A stretch of 64,000 nucleotides of DNA from Azolla caroliniana (lineage: Eukaryota; Plantae; Polypodiophyta). Below the pieces are notes generated by a model that worked only from the letters and a program-made list of their open reading frames with translations, searched no databases and was not told the DNA's origin. Shown here one piece after another: positions 11,210 through 24,285 of this stretch. The stretch covers positions 7,812,001 through 7,876,000 of the forward strand of contig JBHGNT010000021.1 of the NCBI GenBank assembly GCA_043228905.1, given 5' to 3'. The first letter of the stretch is position 1, and every line of letters begins with the position of its first letter. The position numbers were made by a program, and so were the translations under genes.

Positions 11210-14200
11210 TGTAATGTTCATTGGTTTAGACGTGCTTAGTAGGGGGCTATCATACTATAATATCTGAGTCGTCAGCTTTATTGGACTGACCTAATGTGTG
11301 TCATAGGGTACCCCGCACATGATTGGTCAGGTCGATGTCATTACATGGCCTAGGTCCTATAAATAGGGCATGCTCTCCTTAGTCAAGGGGAGCCCCATGA
11401 GTGGTTCGGACGAAGCTCTCTTTGATGTGGACTAGTCATCTACCAAGGTCCTGACATGGAGATCTTGGATGGTATGGGACAGATCGAGATTCCTCGTCTA
11501 TGTTGTCGACTCTGGCACGGGGGCGGATGGGTGGTAACGCGTATTTTCAGTATGATTGTGTCATTTATATCTTTATTTTAGGATTAATGATCTTGGGTGT
11601 TACATATGGTATCAAAGCGGTTTTAATCCTAAAAAAATAATGTTTGATTGGATTCGTGTTGTGTGGTTTAGTACGGGAAAATATGTTATATTTTTTTTTA
11701 CGTACTAATGTATGTTAAATGATGGATTGGGGAAGTGTCAAAAACGCCACGGAGATTCCGTTTGGGGGAGATATGTGGATGTGTGGTATATTGTAGGGGG
11801 TTATGTATAATGAATATATTAAGGTTTTGATGAGATAGACCTTATCACAACAAGATTTGTGTGATGGGTTGGCGAGTAGATTTTTGTTATAACCTTAAAA
11901 GTAAAGGCTATGAGTTCGATCCACTGTTGCACAAAAGAAAACAAATCAAGGGATTAAAAAAGTTTTACAAAATTATTGTTGTTATTATTATGTGTTTGTT
12001 TTATGTTTAGATATTTAATATATAGTTATTCAAATAAAAGCACCATAAATATACTTATATTTTACTTTTCGTATACCCCTCTTGATCTAATGGCTATGCC
12101 CATGAGGCGGCCTTACGTGTGGAGATCGTATCTCTAGAGGCCAGCCACCTAATATACAGTTGGTGATGCTTGATTGTCGAATTTTCAATGAAATAATTGA
12201 TGAATATCATATATATGGATAATGATCATTAATAATCAATTTAATTAAAATTGGCTGATAGAACTAGGGTGATGATCGTTGATTGTCGATAATCAATTGA
12301 TCATCGACCCTAAGGTTTAATTGAATGGCCACAATCATCCATCACCACGGGTGCGTGTTAATCACATGATCATGGATGGATAATCCATAGATCATTAACG
12401 TTAATGGGTGGATTATATGGATGATTATATTGTTGATTATTAGGATGATAATATAATTATATGGATAAGATCAACATCATTTATTAATCGATACGAAGGA
12501 GAGAGATAAGTGAAGAAATCAATGTTCAGAGGGATCATGAGTATGAGATAGATGGGAGGAATAAGGATATGATGAGTGAATAGATCATCATTTTTCGGAT
12601 GAAAATCATCACTATTTGGTTAGTACAATGACTCTCAAGAGGAATATTGGGATGATGAATGAAGAGATCATCATTATTGGGATGATCATCATCATCGTTT
12701 GGTTAGTACAAACTACTGTGATTCTCAAGGAAGTCGCCTACTATCCCCACCAACTTCCAAAAAGGGGATGTTTATCTCTAAAATCTAAACTAGAAAATTT
12801 TCATAACTAAAAAAGGATAATTTCCTAGTTTGGAAGCATTCAAGAAAGTAACCCTAGAAAGGTGGTCACCGACTAGTACTCACTGACTTCTTAAAAGGGA
12901 AGGTATTGCTCCAAATGTCTAATCTAGAAATTCCTATAGATAAAAATGGGATAAATGCCTAAATTGGACATATCTAGGGGTATTTTTTTTTACTCACCGA
13001 CTTAAGAAAATTGGGTATATAAGTACTCGCACTCTTCATTTCCTCATCTAAATCCTAATGTCTTTTATAATACGCTTTAGTACTTTAGACTTTAGTATAC
13101 TTATTTCATTCCTCTCTCAACTCTCCTTAATTTTCATGGCTTCCTCCTGTCGTAATTCCGCACATCACACATCTCCCAATCATCGTAGTTTTTCGACACA
13201 TCCCACATCTCCCACCCGTCAAGGTCATCCAATTTCTCCTATGCGAGATGAGGACGAACAACCGATATCTCCAGTTCGTGACGAGGATATTAACGAAGAT
13301 ATTGAATTCGTGACGAGGATATTAACGAAGATATTGAATTCGTCACGAGGGATGATTTTCGCAAAACGCAAGATGATATTGTCAAGTCAATGACAATGGT
13401 CACGACTGCGTTCTCCTCCAAACTTGAAGGGCTTCTTGATGCCAATAGGCATTCATTTGAAAACCATCAACAACAAATTTTGGAGTTAAAGGCACATGCT
13501 TCCACATCAAGCAATACGAAGAAACCTTCATTTACTCCTCAACAGTTCTCGGGAAGAGATAAGAAACGCAACCACGAGTTTGTGAGCAATTGGATAAACC
13601 GATGGAATGCTCACTTTCGCCTCGAGAATATTCAGAATGACTTTGAAAAGATCAATATGGTAGTTCGTGAGATGATCAGTGCTGCAAACTCATGGTGGGA
13701 GCGGCTGGATAGAAAACTGGGAACGTGGGAGGCATTTGAAAAGACTCTCGGGATGGAATTTGTTCGTCCCAAGACGACTTCTCAAGTGATACAAGATATG
13801 TGTCACTTGTCAGATAAGGGCAAGACTATTGACCAATTGAATCAGTATTTCCGCAACATGATAACAAAACATGGACTTTTGTCAGCATCTAATGAGGAAA
13901 TACTGATAGGATTATATATTAATAGTTTTCATAATAAATATTTTCATTATGAGATCCACACTCATCAACCCAAGACCTTGGGAGAAGTGATGGAACGTGC
14001 CTGGATTCTGTTTGACACAAAAGCTCGTTACCAACCAAAAGAATCGGAAGGAGAAAGCGGTAAACGCAGATACCAACCTTCTTCGATAGGTCAAGGCGGG
14101 TAATATTATGCAACTTTTGTAAGAAGCTTGGGCATAAAGCTAATGAGTGTAGGCGGAGAAAGGAGAGCGGTAACTCCAACAATCTGCAAAGAAAGCCATC

Positions 14201-17200
14201 AACTTCCAATAATCCAAGTATGTTCTTGAATTATTTGAATTTCATTAGTTCTATTGCATTACAAAAATATATTCTTGGACCAAATGATTTACTTTTAAAA
14301 CTTATGGGACTATCGACAATCAAAGTGTAACTAACTATTTGACTGTGGTAGCACTCATAATTTTCTTGACCCTAATATGGTGCATATTTTACGAATAACA
14401 ACAACCAAAAGTGACCACGACTACAATGTCCTTATTGTGGGAGGCCATATCCAAAGGCACTCATTAATTGCACATGGTGTACCCCTAGTAATAAATAACT
14501 ACATTGAAAAGTTGACTTTTTATGTAATGCGTTTACAAATAGTAGATGTAGTTCTTGGTTACATATGGTTTTATAATAGACATAGTCTTTATATCGATTG
14601 GCTGAATCATACTATTTCTTTTGAAGGAAATAACAACCAACAAGTTTTTATTCATTGGATTGCGATAAACAATTTAATGTCTGTTAATCATCTTTATGCT
14701 TATGATCAAAACGTCGATGCACAATTTTATGCATGTATATTAGAGCCCAATGATCCTCTGTATCAATTTGTAGATAAGAGTTCATTGGATGATTTTGAGA
14801 AAGATGATCTATGTGACATCTTGTCGAATTTTAAGGAGATATTCCCGGATAAGTTACCTCAAGGACTACCTCCTTCTCGGTCTATAGATCGTAAGATAAA
14901 CTTGGTTCTAAGCGCTAAACCTGTGAGCATACCCCCATATCGGTTGAGTCAAACCAAAGAGGATGAAATTTCCCGACAAATCAAGGAATACTTGAGGATG
15001 GGACACATCCGGTACAGTAAATCACCATGGGGAGCTCCCGTCATCTTAGCAAAGAAGAAGGATGGAACTTTTCGAATGTGTGTGAATTACAAGGGTTTGA
15101 ATAAACTCACCATTCGCAATTCCTACCCTTTGCCTCGTTCTGATGACTTGATAGATAAACTCTAAAGTGCAAGATACTTTACTAAGATAGACATGTCGGA
15201 AGAAGATGTTTCCAAAACAGCTTTCTGAACCCATTATGGTCATTATGAGTTTCGGGTTCTATCATTTGGGTTGACTGATGCTCCAACCACATTCCAACAA
15301 TTGATGAATGATATATTCAGAGATCAGCATGGTGATTTCGTGGTCGTTCTCCTTGACGACATCATGGTATATAGTAATACATTTGAGGATCATGTGTGTC
15401 ATGTCCGAATAGTTTTGGACAAGCTTCGTGAATACAAGCTATTTGCCAAACTATCTCAATGTGATTTCTTTCAAAAGGAAATTACGTATCTTGGACACCA
15501 CATATCTAGGTCAAGTGTGTCTATTGATAAATCTAAGATAGAAGCAGTATTAAATAGGCCACGACCTTCAAATGTTAAGGAGTTACGATCTTTCTTAGGA
15601 TTTGTTGGATTCCTAAGAAAATCTTTTCAAAACTATTCATTCTACACAGCACCATTTACGGACCTATTGAAGAGTATTACAAGAAAGTCCAATAAACCTA
15701 TTGAGTGGAATTCCCCTCTTGAAGAAACCTTCAATAAGTTGAAGTCACTAATTGTGAATGCACCTACTTTAGCTATACCTGATCCTAATCAAACATTCGA
15801 AGTTGACACGGATGCAAGTAATTATGCTATTGGGGCTACATTATTTCAAATTGGGAGATTGATTGCTTTTGAAATCAAAAAATTGGATTCGGCCCAAAGA
15901 AATTACTCGGTTCAAGAAAAAGAATTATTTGCTATTATTTACGCCTTAAAGAAATGGCGACATTATTTGTATGGTAGTAAATTTACTATTTTAACGGACC
16001 AGAAATCCTTGCAATACTTCCTCTCTGTAAAGAATTTTGAGGGTCAAAAGGCAAGATGGACGAAATTAGATATCGAAAAGGGGTTTTGAATTCTGTTGCA
16101 TATGCCCTGAGTCGTATTCCAGAAATTAATGCCCTAAGTTTCATGGAATTTAACAACGACTTATTTGATTTGATTTGGGGTAAACAAAAATACCTTTATG
16201 ACAGGACATTTTCGAAGTTCTGGAAGAGAGTTGAAACATGTATTGACGTCGATCATGGAACCACATCTACCTTGAGAGAACCTTTACTATGTTGCTAATG
16301 GGTTATTGTACCATAATAGTAAGGTTTGCATACCACACATAAAGGACATCAAGAATCAAATTCTATATGAATGTCATGATGCCCCTTCTGTTGGACATCC
16401 AGGTCTGCAAAGAACATTAGCTTTGATTAAAGCTAGGTTTTTTTGCTAAAAATGAAACCTGAGGTAGAGTCCTATGTTATTTGTTGTCCATAATGTCAGG
16501 ACATTAAGGTTGAGCAATAGAAAAAAGCTGGCTTATTACAACCTCTCAATATTCCAACTGAAAAGTGGCAAAGTATATCCATGGATTTCATAGTTGGATT
16601 ACCTCGTTCCGTTGAGGGAAATAATGCCATTTGTGTGGTTGTTGATCGGCTTACCAAGATGGCAAGATTCATTCCAACAAAATCCACAATTACCGCAAAG
16701 AAATTGGCTATTAAGTTTATTAAAAATCTTTATAGTTTATATGGTCTATCGATTGAGATTGTAAGTGATCGAGACTACAAGTTTACAAGTACATTTTGGT
16801 CAGAAGTTATGCCGAAGTTATGCAAACAACTTTGAGTCTCAGTTCTTCTGATCATCCTCGGTCAGATGGGTAGACTGAGAGAGTGAATAAGATATTAGAG
16901 GATATGTAGCGCAAAAACCCTCATTATGGGAGACTTACCTTCCTATGGTGGAATTTGCCTACAACAGCACTAAGCATACATCAACAAAATACAGTCTGTT
17001 CATGTTGATGTATGGTTATACGCCACGTCCTCTTATTGATGTTTCGTTTGATCTACATACTTTGGATAGTACAAAGGATTTTCTCTCTGATATGCTTGAA
17101 GCACATAAATTGGCTGAAGAAAACCTTAGGATGGCACGGGATAGAAATGTCTTTTATGCGAATCATGATAGAAAACCAAGGGAATTTCACGTAGGACAAC

Positions 17201-18029
17201 AGGTTTTTCTACGGGTTCCTAAGGACTCAAAAACATTGAGAACAAGATCGTGTGCAAAATTATCCCCATGGTATTGTGGACCATATACAACTTTAAAACG
17301 GATAGATCCCAATGCTTATCGTTTGGATTTGCCTTCCAATGTGATGGTTCATCCCATATTCCACGTGAGTCGATTAAAGGAGGCGATTGGTTATGATGAT
17401 AATGTTGTAACACCGTCTAATTTATCGACATTGGAGGATGATCATTTTGCTCCACATGAACTTGAGAAAATCCTCGATCATAGGTCTAGAAACCTAAGGT
17501 CAAAAGTTGTTCATTGCTATAAGCTTAAGTGGAAGGATAGATTGGAAGAAGACAACACTTGGGAAACTGAAGAGACATTACGCAAACATTTTCCTAACTT
17601 CCCATTGCAAGAGTGCAATTAAATGGAGGGGAGGAGTATGTAATGCTCATTGGTTTACACGTGCTTATTAAGGGGCTATCATACTGTAATATCTGAGTCA
17701 TCGCCTTTATTGGACTAAGCTAATGTGTGTCATAGAGTACCTCACACATGATTGGTCAGGTACTATAAATAGTCCTATAAATAGGGCATACTCTCCTTAG
17801 TCAGGGGGAGCCCCATTAGTGGTTCAGACGAAGCTCTCTTTGATGTGGACTAGTCATCTACCAAGGTCCCAAGTTCTGACATGGAGATCCTGGCTGGTAT
17901 GGGACAGATCGGGATTCCTTGTATACGCTATCGACTCTGGCACGGGGGCGGATGGGTGGTAGTGCATATTTTCAGTATGATTGTGTCATTTATATCTTTA
18001 TTTTAGGATTAATGATCTTGGTTATTACA
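11210..18029 (+). mobile_element. Chromovirus Ty3/gypsy element (full structure, decayed ORFs)
   Basis: LTRs 11210-11604 and 17639-18029. TSD gctac/actac. PBS tggtatcaaagc at 11607; PPT ggaggggaggagta at 17625-17638. Confidence 0.93.
13136..17622 (+). pseudogene. gag-protease-RT-RNaseH-integrase-chromodomain polyprotein remnant
   Basis: DCGSTHNF protease, [12 protein letters not shown] and LDDIMVYS RT, TDASNYAIG RNase H, MDFIVGLP integrase, EKILDHR...YKLKWKD...NTWE chromodomain. Multiple stops and frameshifts. Confidence 0.9.
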
Positions 18030-20999
18030 ACTACCAAGGGAAAACATGTACCCGGAGGTGGATCGGCGATCTGATGCATCAACAGCCCAGTCGGCATCGG
18101 TATATCTGACTAGCTTCCCAGCTATAGCGTGTTGGTATAACAGTTCCCGATCCTTCGTGCTACTAACATACTGGAGTATGTGGTGTGCGTACTAAAGGTG
18201 CTCGATGGTCGGCTTCTGCATGAACTAGCTGATCACTTCGACCGGGTAACTAATGTCGGGTCGAGTGATTGTTAGGTTTATGAGGTTGCCGACAATTTTT
18301 TAGAATCGTTCCTAATCGCAGGACGGTTCAGAGTCGGGACCTAGCTTTAGGTTCCGGTCCAGGGGTGTAGAGATCGGTCGGCATTCCGTCATGCCGAACT
18401 TGTACAACATATTCAACACATAATGGTGTTGTGAGAGCAATATGCCATAGGGGGTTCGGATCACCCCAATCCCAAGAAAATAATAAAGGTCCCCCAAGTC
18501 CTTCATTTCAAATGTTGGGACTTAACTATTGAATTGGCCGGAAAAGTACTCTTTTCCGCCATCCGATCGCAGGCACTTGATCTTCCTCTCCGTTTCCCGT
18601 TCAACTAAGCTTTGAAGGTTTCGGAAACATTTGAAGACTTCGCTCTTCCTCTCAATGAGGTAGATCCATTTGTGCCGGTTGTAGTCGTCGATGAAGGAGA
18701 CGAAATACCGACTCCCACCAAGACTAACATTCTGTGCTAGTTCCCATACATCCGAATATACTAGATCAAGCTTGTTACAGCTCTAGTTTCGTTCGGTGGG
18801 GAATGGAAGCCGGTGTTGCTTCTTGAGTTGGCAGGCTTCACATATTTGGGCCTTCAGGCCACTGAATTTCAGCAATCCGAACACAACTTGTTTCGATTGC
18901 AGGTCTTGAAGCCTCCGGTAGTTGACGTGGCTGATCCGCTTATGCTAGAGATTGATGCCCGATTCAATCTTCTGTCCTTTGGTAAACATGGCGGTGCCGA
19001 CGTCATTAGTGTTGAGGATGAACATCCTCCCTTCTCTACGTCCTTGCGCGATTATCTGGCATTCTTCCTCGATGAAGCACCCGAGGTGCGTAAACCGCAC
19101 CTGCATCCCCTGGTTGACGATTTTTCCAACCGACACCAGGTTCTTTGTGATAGTCGGAAAGTGTAGTACGTTCATTAGCTTCCCCTTTTGTCTGACATGG
19201 CTTAAAGGGACTTCTCCGACATGCATAATCGGGTGAGGAGTGTCATCTCCGGTTTCGACAATCCGCGGTTGTTCCGGCTTTTCCAAAAATGAGAACCACT
19301 CTTCATGGCTAGTCATGTGGTTGGACGCTCTAGAATCAACATACCATACTTCCTTCGATTTGGAAGTAGTCTTCTTCATTGAGTTAAAGCCTTGTGCTCT
19401 ATCACAAAGGTTGTCCCTTTCCCGGTCTTCCTGGTTCCGGATCCTTTCGATCCTTCTGCGTAGTGCGAGCTTTGCCTGTTTTCCCGATCGGCCTTGCCGG
19501 ATCTGGATTTTTCCGAATCAGTGCGCTTCTTCCAACACTCACTTTCCCTGTGGCCCTTTTTGCCACAATACCAACATTTTGTGTCGGCTTTTCCTTGCCG
19601 GCTTCAGGCACCGCTTTGACTCCCCCTACTTGTGGAGGGTTCGGTACTATTGTCGGCACTGTCTCTGTGCCTTCGGTCCTGCTCTTGCCGGCCGCCTCCA
19701 TTGCGTGCCGACCCACCTCGTCCACCACATCCATGGGGCCGATCTGTCTCCGTGTACAATATATGGCCATCCGATTGAGTGGTCCTGAACCCACTCGCGT
19801 GGTTTTCTTCGATCATCAACATTGATTGCAAGTTGAAGAAGGACGGTGGCTTCTCCCGGGTGCAGATCGTTATCCGGATTGGCTCGTACCTTTGTGCTAG
19901 ACCACCAAGGAAGATTTGTATAATATCCTCTTCATCCACCGTCACGTTGATGGACCTGAGTACGGCACAAATCTGCTTTATTTTGGTGCTGTAATCCGTA
20001 ACCGACATGTCTCTTTTCCGGATGTTGTTCAGCTCTTGTCGGAGCTGCAACTTATGGGCTATGGTACGGTCGAGCTTCTCCGTTGGAAGTGATATCGCCA
20101 TTCCTCTTTTCATATCTTCTCTTTGTTTGTTGTTACTGGGTTCTAGGGTTCATCTATGAAAGCAAGTGTCGGCTGTAGAGGTTCTCAACCCTCGCGCTCT
20201 GATACCACGTGAATGTTAATGTGCGGAATCGTTAGACAGAACCGGCTCAGCCGGATAGCAACAGAGAATAAGATGAAAGTTTAATGGAGAAGCTTAATAC
20301 ACGCAGAGTATATGCGGGAGAGACAGAGAGAGCAGAATGTAAACGTAGATTGAAAAATAATAATAACACTCTGTAACTTTGTACATACAACGTGCTCAAC
20401 AACACTATTTAGACAAGTCCTCAAAAGGACTCACAGAAGTACTACGTACTTCAATGCTCATACGAGCGACTGGCACTAACTACAAGACAATGATTACCTA
20501 CTAGTCTAGGCTACTACTAGGCTTCCGGTTCACACTCGAATCTGGCTCTCAGATCCGTCCAGTTGTTTCCGAATACCGATCCGGATCCGGTTGAGCTTGG
20601 TCGCTCAACAATGGTGAACTCAAATACATGCATGTAATACACTAGAGCATGTATGTACGCATGCATGTGCCAAGTGTGAATAATACAATGGAGCAATTAT
20701 ACTCATGATGCTAGCTTAAAGTTACAAGGAACAATAATGCACATGACTATATATTGGACATGTTGGTTAACCCATAACACTTGATTACAAGAGGTTAGGG
20801 GTTCAGATCCTGAAATGACCGTTCTCATGTCCGTGTGACATAGCCGACCACTCTCATCACTTGTCCCCCAATGCCCTATTTCACATCACAATCCATGTGA
20901 GCTATGTCGCATGGAAGCAATGGTTCAAATGTCAGATAACGGGATAGGCTCTAACATGTATCGACCTGTAAGGTTTCCTCGTTGCACGAAGAATATGGT

Positions 21000-21965
21000 T
21001 TCGTAATTAGGTGCAACATGTGTAGTATAATGTGTGAAGCATGAGCCTCCACGTTTTTCCCATGTCATGATACATTGACATTGCAAAAAAGGCCTCATTT
21101 ATAGAGGAATCTAGTGATGCATCATGAAGTAGGTGTCTTGCATCCCATCTACTAAACCATTTTTCCATATCTTGCATCCAACTGGAACACAAATTGTTTC
21201 TTTTATGCATCTTTTGGATCTTTTTGCTTGCTTCCCATGCAATTTTAGGGAGTCGATGTGAGGGACTTTTTTGAACGTTAAGCATGTATTCGACAACCCT
21301 TTCCATGGCCATGATCTCAATGGGAAGTGATCCCGTCTCAAGGAGGAGGGTATGTGGCGTTTATTTCTTAACTTGTAGAAACTTTGTAACGAAATGTTTT
21401 TGTACATTTTCAAACTCTTTCCATGTAGATTTAGGGATACTAGTGACCAATATTTCCACCCCATAGAGGAGCACCGATATCACCAAAGTGTCGAAAAGAT
21501 CATTCGTGAGGACCCAACACTTAATATCTCCATGATTGCATGTGTTCTCAAATGCACAATATGCTCGCTTTCCCGCCTCTAAGTGACGTGTAGCACATTC
21601 ATTCCATCTATGATTTGAAGGAACTTCGAGGCCAAGATATTTGAAGCTTTCCACACATTCAAGTGGCTCATTATTGTACATAATGCATGGTTTATCTCTT
21701 TTTTGGCTCTTCACAAGCATAAACATTGTTTTAGAGCTATTGGCACATAATTTAGTATGCATGCAAATTTTTTCCAATGCCTTCATAAACTTGTGTGCAT
21801 CTCCTAAAGTATTTGCAAAAAGCACTACATCATATGCATATAGCAAAAACATAATGACAACATTCCCAATGGCAACTTGTGCAACACATTCTTCCTTTAC
21901 AAACTTGGCAACAATTTCTTCCAAATCATCAATGCATAGACGAAATGGAGGTGGTGAGAGTGGGA
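21000..21965 (-). mobile_element. LINE (non-LTR) reverse transcriptase remnant
   Basis: PLSPPPFRLCID, LLYAYDVVLFA (YADD-like), FKYLG and LLYGVE motifs in ORF 21361-22191. Confidence 0.8.
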
Positions 21966-23189
21966 AAAAATGGATTTGGATAAGGTCCAAACCACTTACT
22001 AGACCCAACTGCTGAACTATGAAGTGTAGGTCTAGGATACCGCAGCCCTCATTATGAAAATGAAGGACAAAAAGAAGGTTTTTGAGGACAATGTCAAGCT
22101 TGGGGTGGAATGAATATGGATGATAGTCACGGCATGGAAAGACCGGACAAAGGCAAACATCGCCGACTGGTTGATGGCTGTGTGGACGCAACAGTCAAAG
22201 AAAGCAGTGGAATTACAGGTGCTCCGCGGAGATGTGGAGAACCGAAAATAAACCGGGCACAATTTCTACAAGATGGACGAAGAAAGAATAGCCACCATCC
22301 ATGAGGAATTGTTGGAAAACTTCTTCTCCTTGGCCGAATCCCACCTTGAAGTTATCCCGAGTATGATTGAAAGCCTTGAGGATGATAAACTCGGAACGCA
22401 ACTATAGTCCGAATGATATGAACGGGAGCGACGATGGCTAGAAGTGGAAAAATGGATGGCGACAATAACTATCAGTGATGAGGAGTAGACTGCGGAACAA
22501 CAACCATAGGAGGAGGAGGAGCTGCCACATGAAGACGACGGGGAACAACCAAGGGAAGCCGATGCGGAGCAGAAGGCAAAAACCGGAAACGGCGTGGATG
22601 TTGAAACCGACACAAGAACGGAGTACCTCAACCAAAAGAAGCCGGAGAGCAGTAGAACGAGGACCCACTTGAAACCCTGGACCACAGCATATTGGACATA
22701 CTCGTCGAGGATTGAAGGGGCTAACCGTGGGTTCGACGTACAATGTACTGTCCCGCGGGCGTTTAGGGTTGGAGGTTGGAGTATGAAAGACAAGTGGGGG
22801 AGGAGTCGGAAGTGGAAAGTATTAAAGTTATTAATTAGCTAGAAGGATCCGGAAGAGTTGCAATGATCCGGATCCGGGCCGATCCATAGCCGGATGCCGG
22901 TATGGCACCGTTTTGAAATTAGAACCGGATTCCTAGAAAAGGATCCTAAGAACGATGTATTAAGGGAGGGAAAAGGGATATAAGTAGAATTGTTTTTTAG
23001 AGTATTGTGTACCTATGGTTCTATCTTACGTATGGTATCAATCTATGTATGTTGTTAATCCGGAACCGACCCAGAAATAGTCTGATATAATTATAAATCT
23101 GTCGAGGGCATAAACCCCGTAACCACCCTTTGGTGAAGTTATTCGAAAGGACACCCTATGTTAGTGGCTAGTCCGGCCGAGGATTTACA
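21966..23189 (+). mobile_element. Truncated LTR-element end: decayed acidic ORF plus LTR (~22767-23189)
   Basis: 22767-23189 is homologous to the solo LTR at 26224-26665 (ccggtatggca, aaccaccctttggtgaagt, ggctagtcc...aca). Confidence 0.65.
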
Positions 23190-23208
23190 AATTACATTCT
23201 TTGTTTTC

Positions 23209-23209
23209 T

Positions 23210-23274
<65 letters not shown>

Positions 23275-23275
23275 A
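23209..23275. repeat. (CT)n microsatellite
   Basis: Long ctctct run with ctat variants. Confidence 0.9.
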
Positions 23276-23805
23276 CATTCCCTATATATACCTAAGTGTC
23301 TTTGTTATGAAACATTTTCCTTTGGATGGGAAGGAGAACGTTAGCCAGAGAGAAGAGTAAGCCGAATTAGTCAACAACAACTCGGCTGAGGCCGAAAAAT
23401 CAGCCGATTCCCAATTTGGTATGAGGCTGAAAATTGGGTAATAATCGATTCGGCTGATAGCCGAATCGGTTGAAGCCAACTCGGGGTTATAATTGTAAAT
23501 AGCCTCAATGTGCCCTTAGTGGGCTATATTTGTAAATAGCTCATATCGTGTATATGAGTATAAACATAGTTAGGGAAACTAGTTAGGTAGGATGATCAAC
23601 ATTATCATTGCAAAGATTATAGAGAGTAGTTGCCTCTATAATGTGTGACAGAGAGAGAGAGAGAGAGAGAGTTAGAAGTAAGTTTGTTGTAACCGTCAGT
23701 TAGATGAAGACGAGCTCGAGGTTATTGCATGTGAGTCTCCTTGTATCCTCTCATATATATAGTGTAACAGTTCAGAGTCTGTGGGCTCCCGTCGTTTTTC
23801 CCTTT

Positions 23806-24285
23806 TGTCACAGACACATCAACCACGGACTCGGACGGAGCATATATGATGGGGCTAAGAGCGTGGAACTTAAGAAGCTAGGAATGACACAAGAGCATGA
23901 AGACAGAGTTAAAGATCAAGGAAACAAGATGGGGTGAAACAAGAATACTAGATTGATGTGTCAATGGTTGGTGTTGAATCCCGTGAAAGGGACCGAGGAG
24001 GTTACAAGTATTTATACAAGTTCCGAGATTGAATAACTCTAGAATATACTCGAGAAATATCTCTAGAATATACCCGTCTAGAATATATCATACAATATTT
24101 CTAGAATATACTAATGATTAGAATATTCTGATTCTGAAATGTGCTATACGCATGACTATAGTATACTAAATTATTATATATAAATGCATGCTCATATCAA
24201 AATGGTTGAGCATGACATCTTATTGATGTGAGGTTGTAGGTTCAATCCTCAACAACTATATATTTCATGTCACTGTGTCGTGACA
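23806..24285. mobile_element. Solo LTR inserted in a copia LTR
   Basis: tgtcac...gtgaca inverted termini; TSD ccttt at 23801-23805 and 24286-24290. Confidence 0.85.

Larger units (their letters stand above)
9688..20610 (-). mobile_element. Ty1/copia element with both LTRs (decayed, internally deleted), hosting a chromovirus insertion
   Basis: LTRs 9688-10162 and 20208-20610. TSD atggt at 9683-9687 and 20611-20615. iMet PBS at 20196-20207; PPT at ~10163-10175. Gag, protease, integrase, RT and RNase H remnants (WYVDSRASNHM, MKDLGDLYYFLG, ADIFTKPL). Confidence 0.92.

Noticed and set aside
20750-20820. tRNA gene
   Set aside because: Only box-like motifs; no convincing cloverleaf could be built here or at 11869 or 24190
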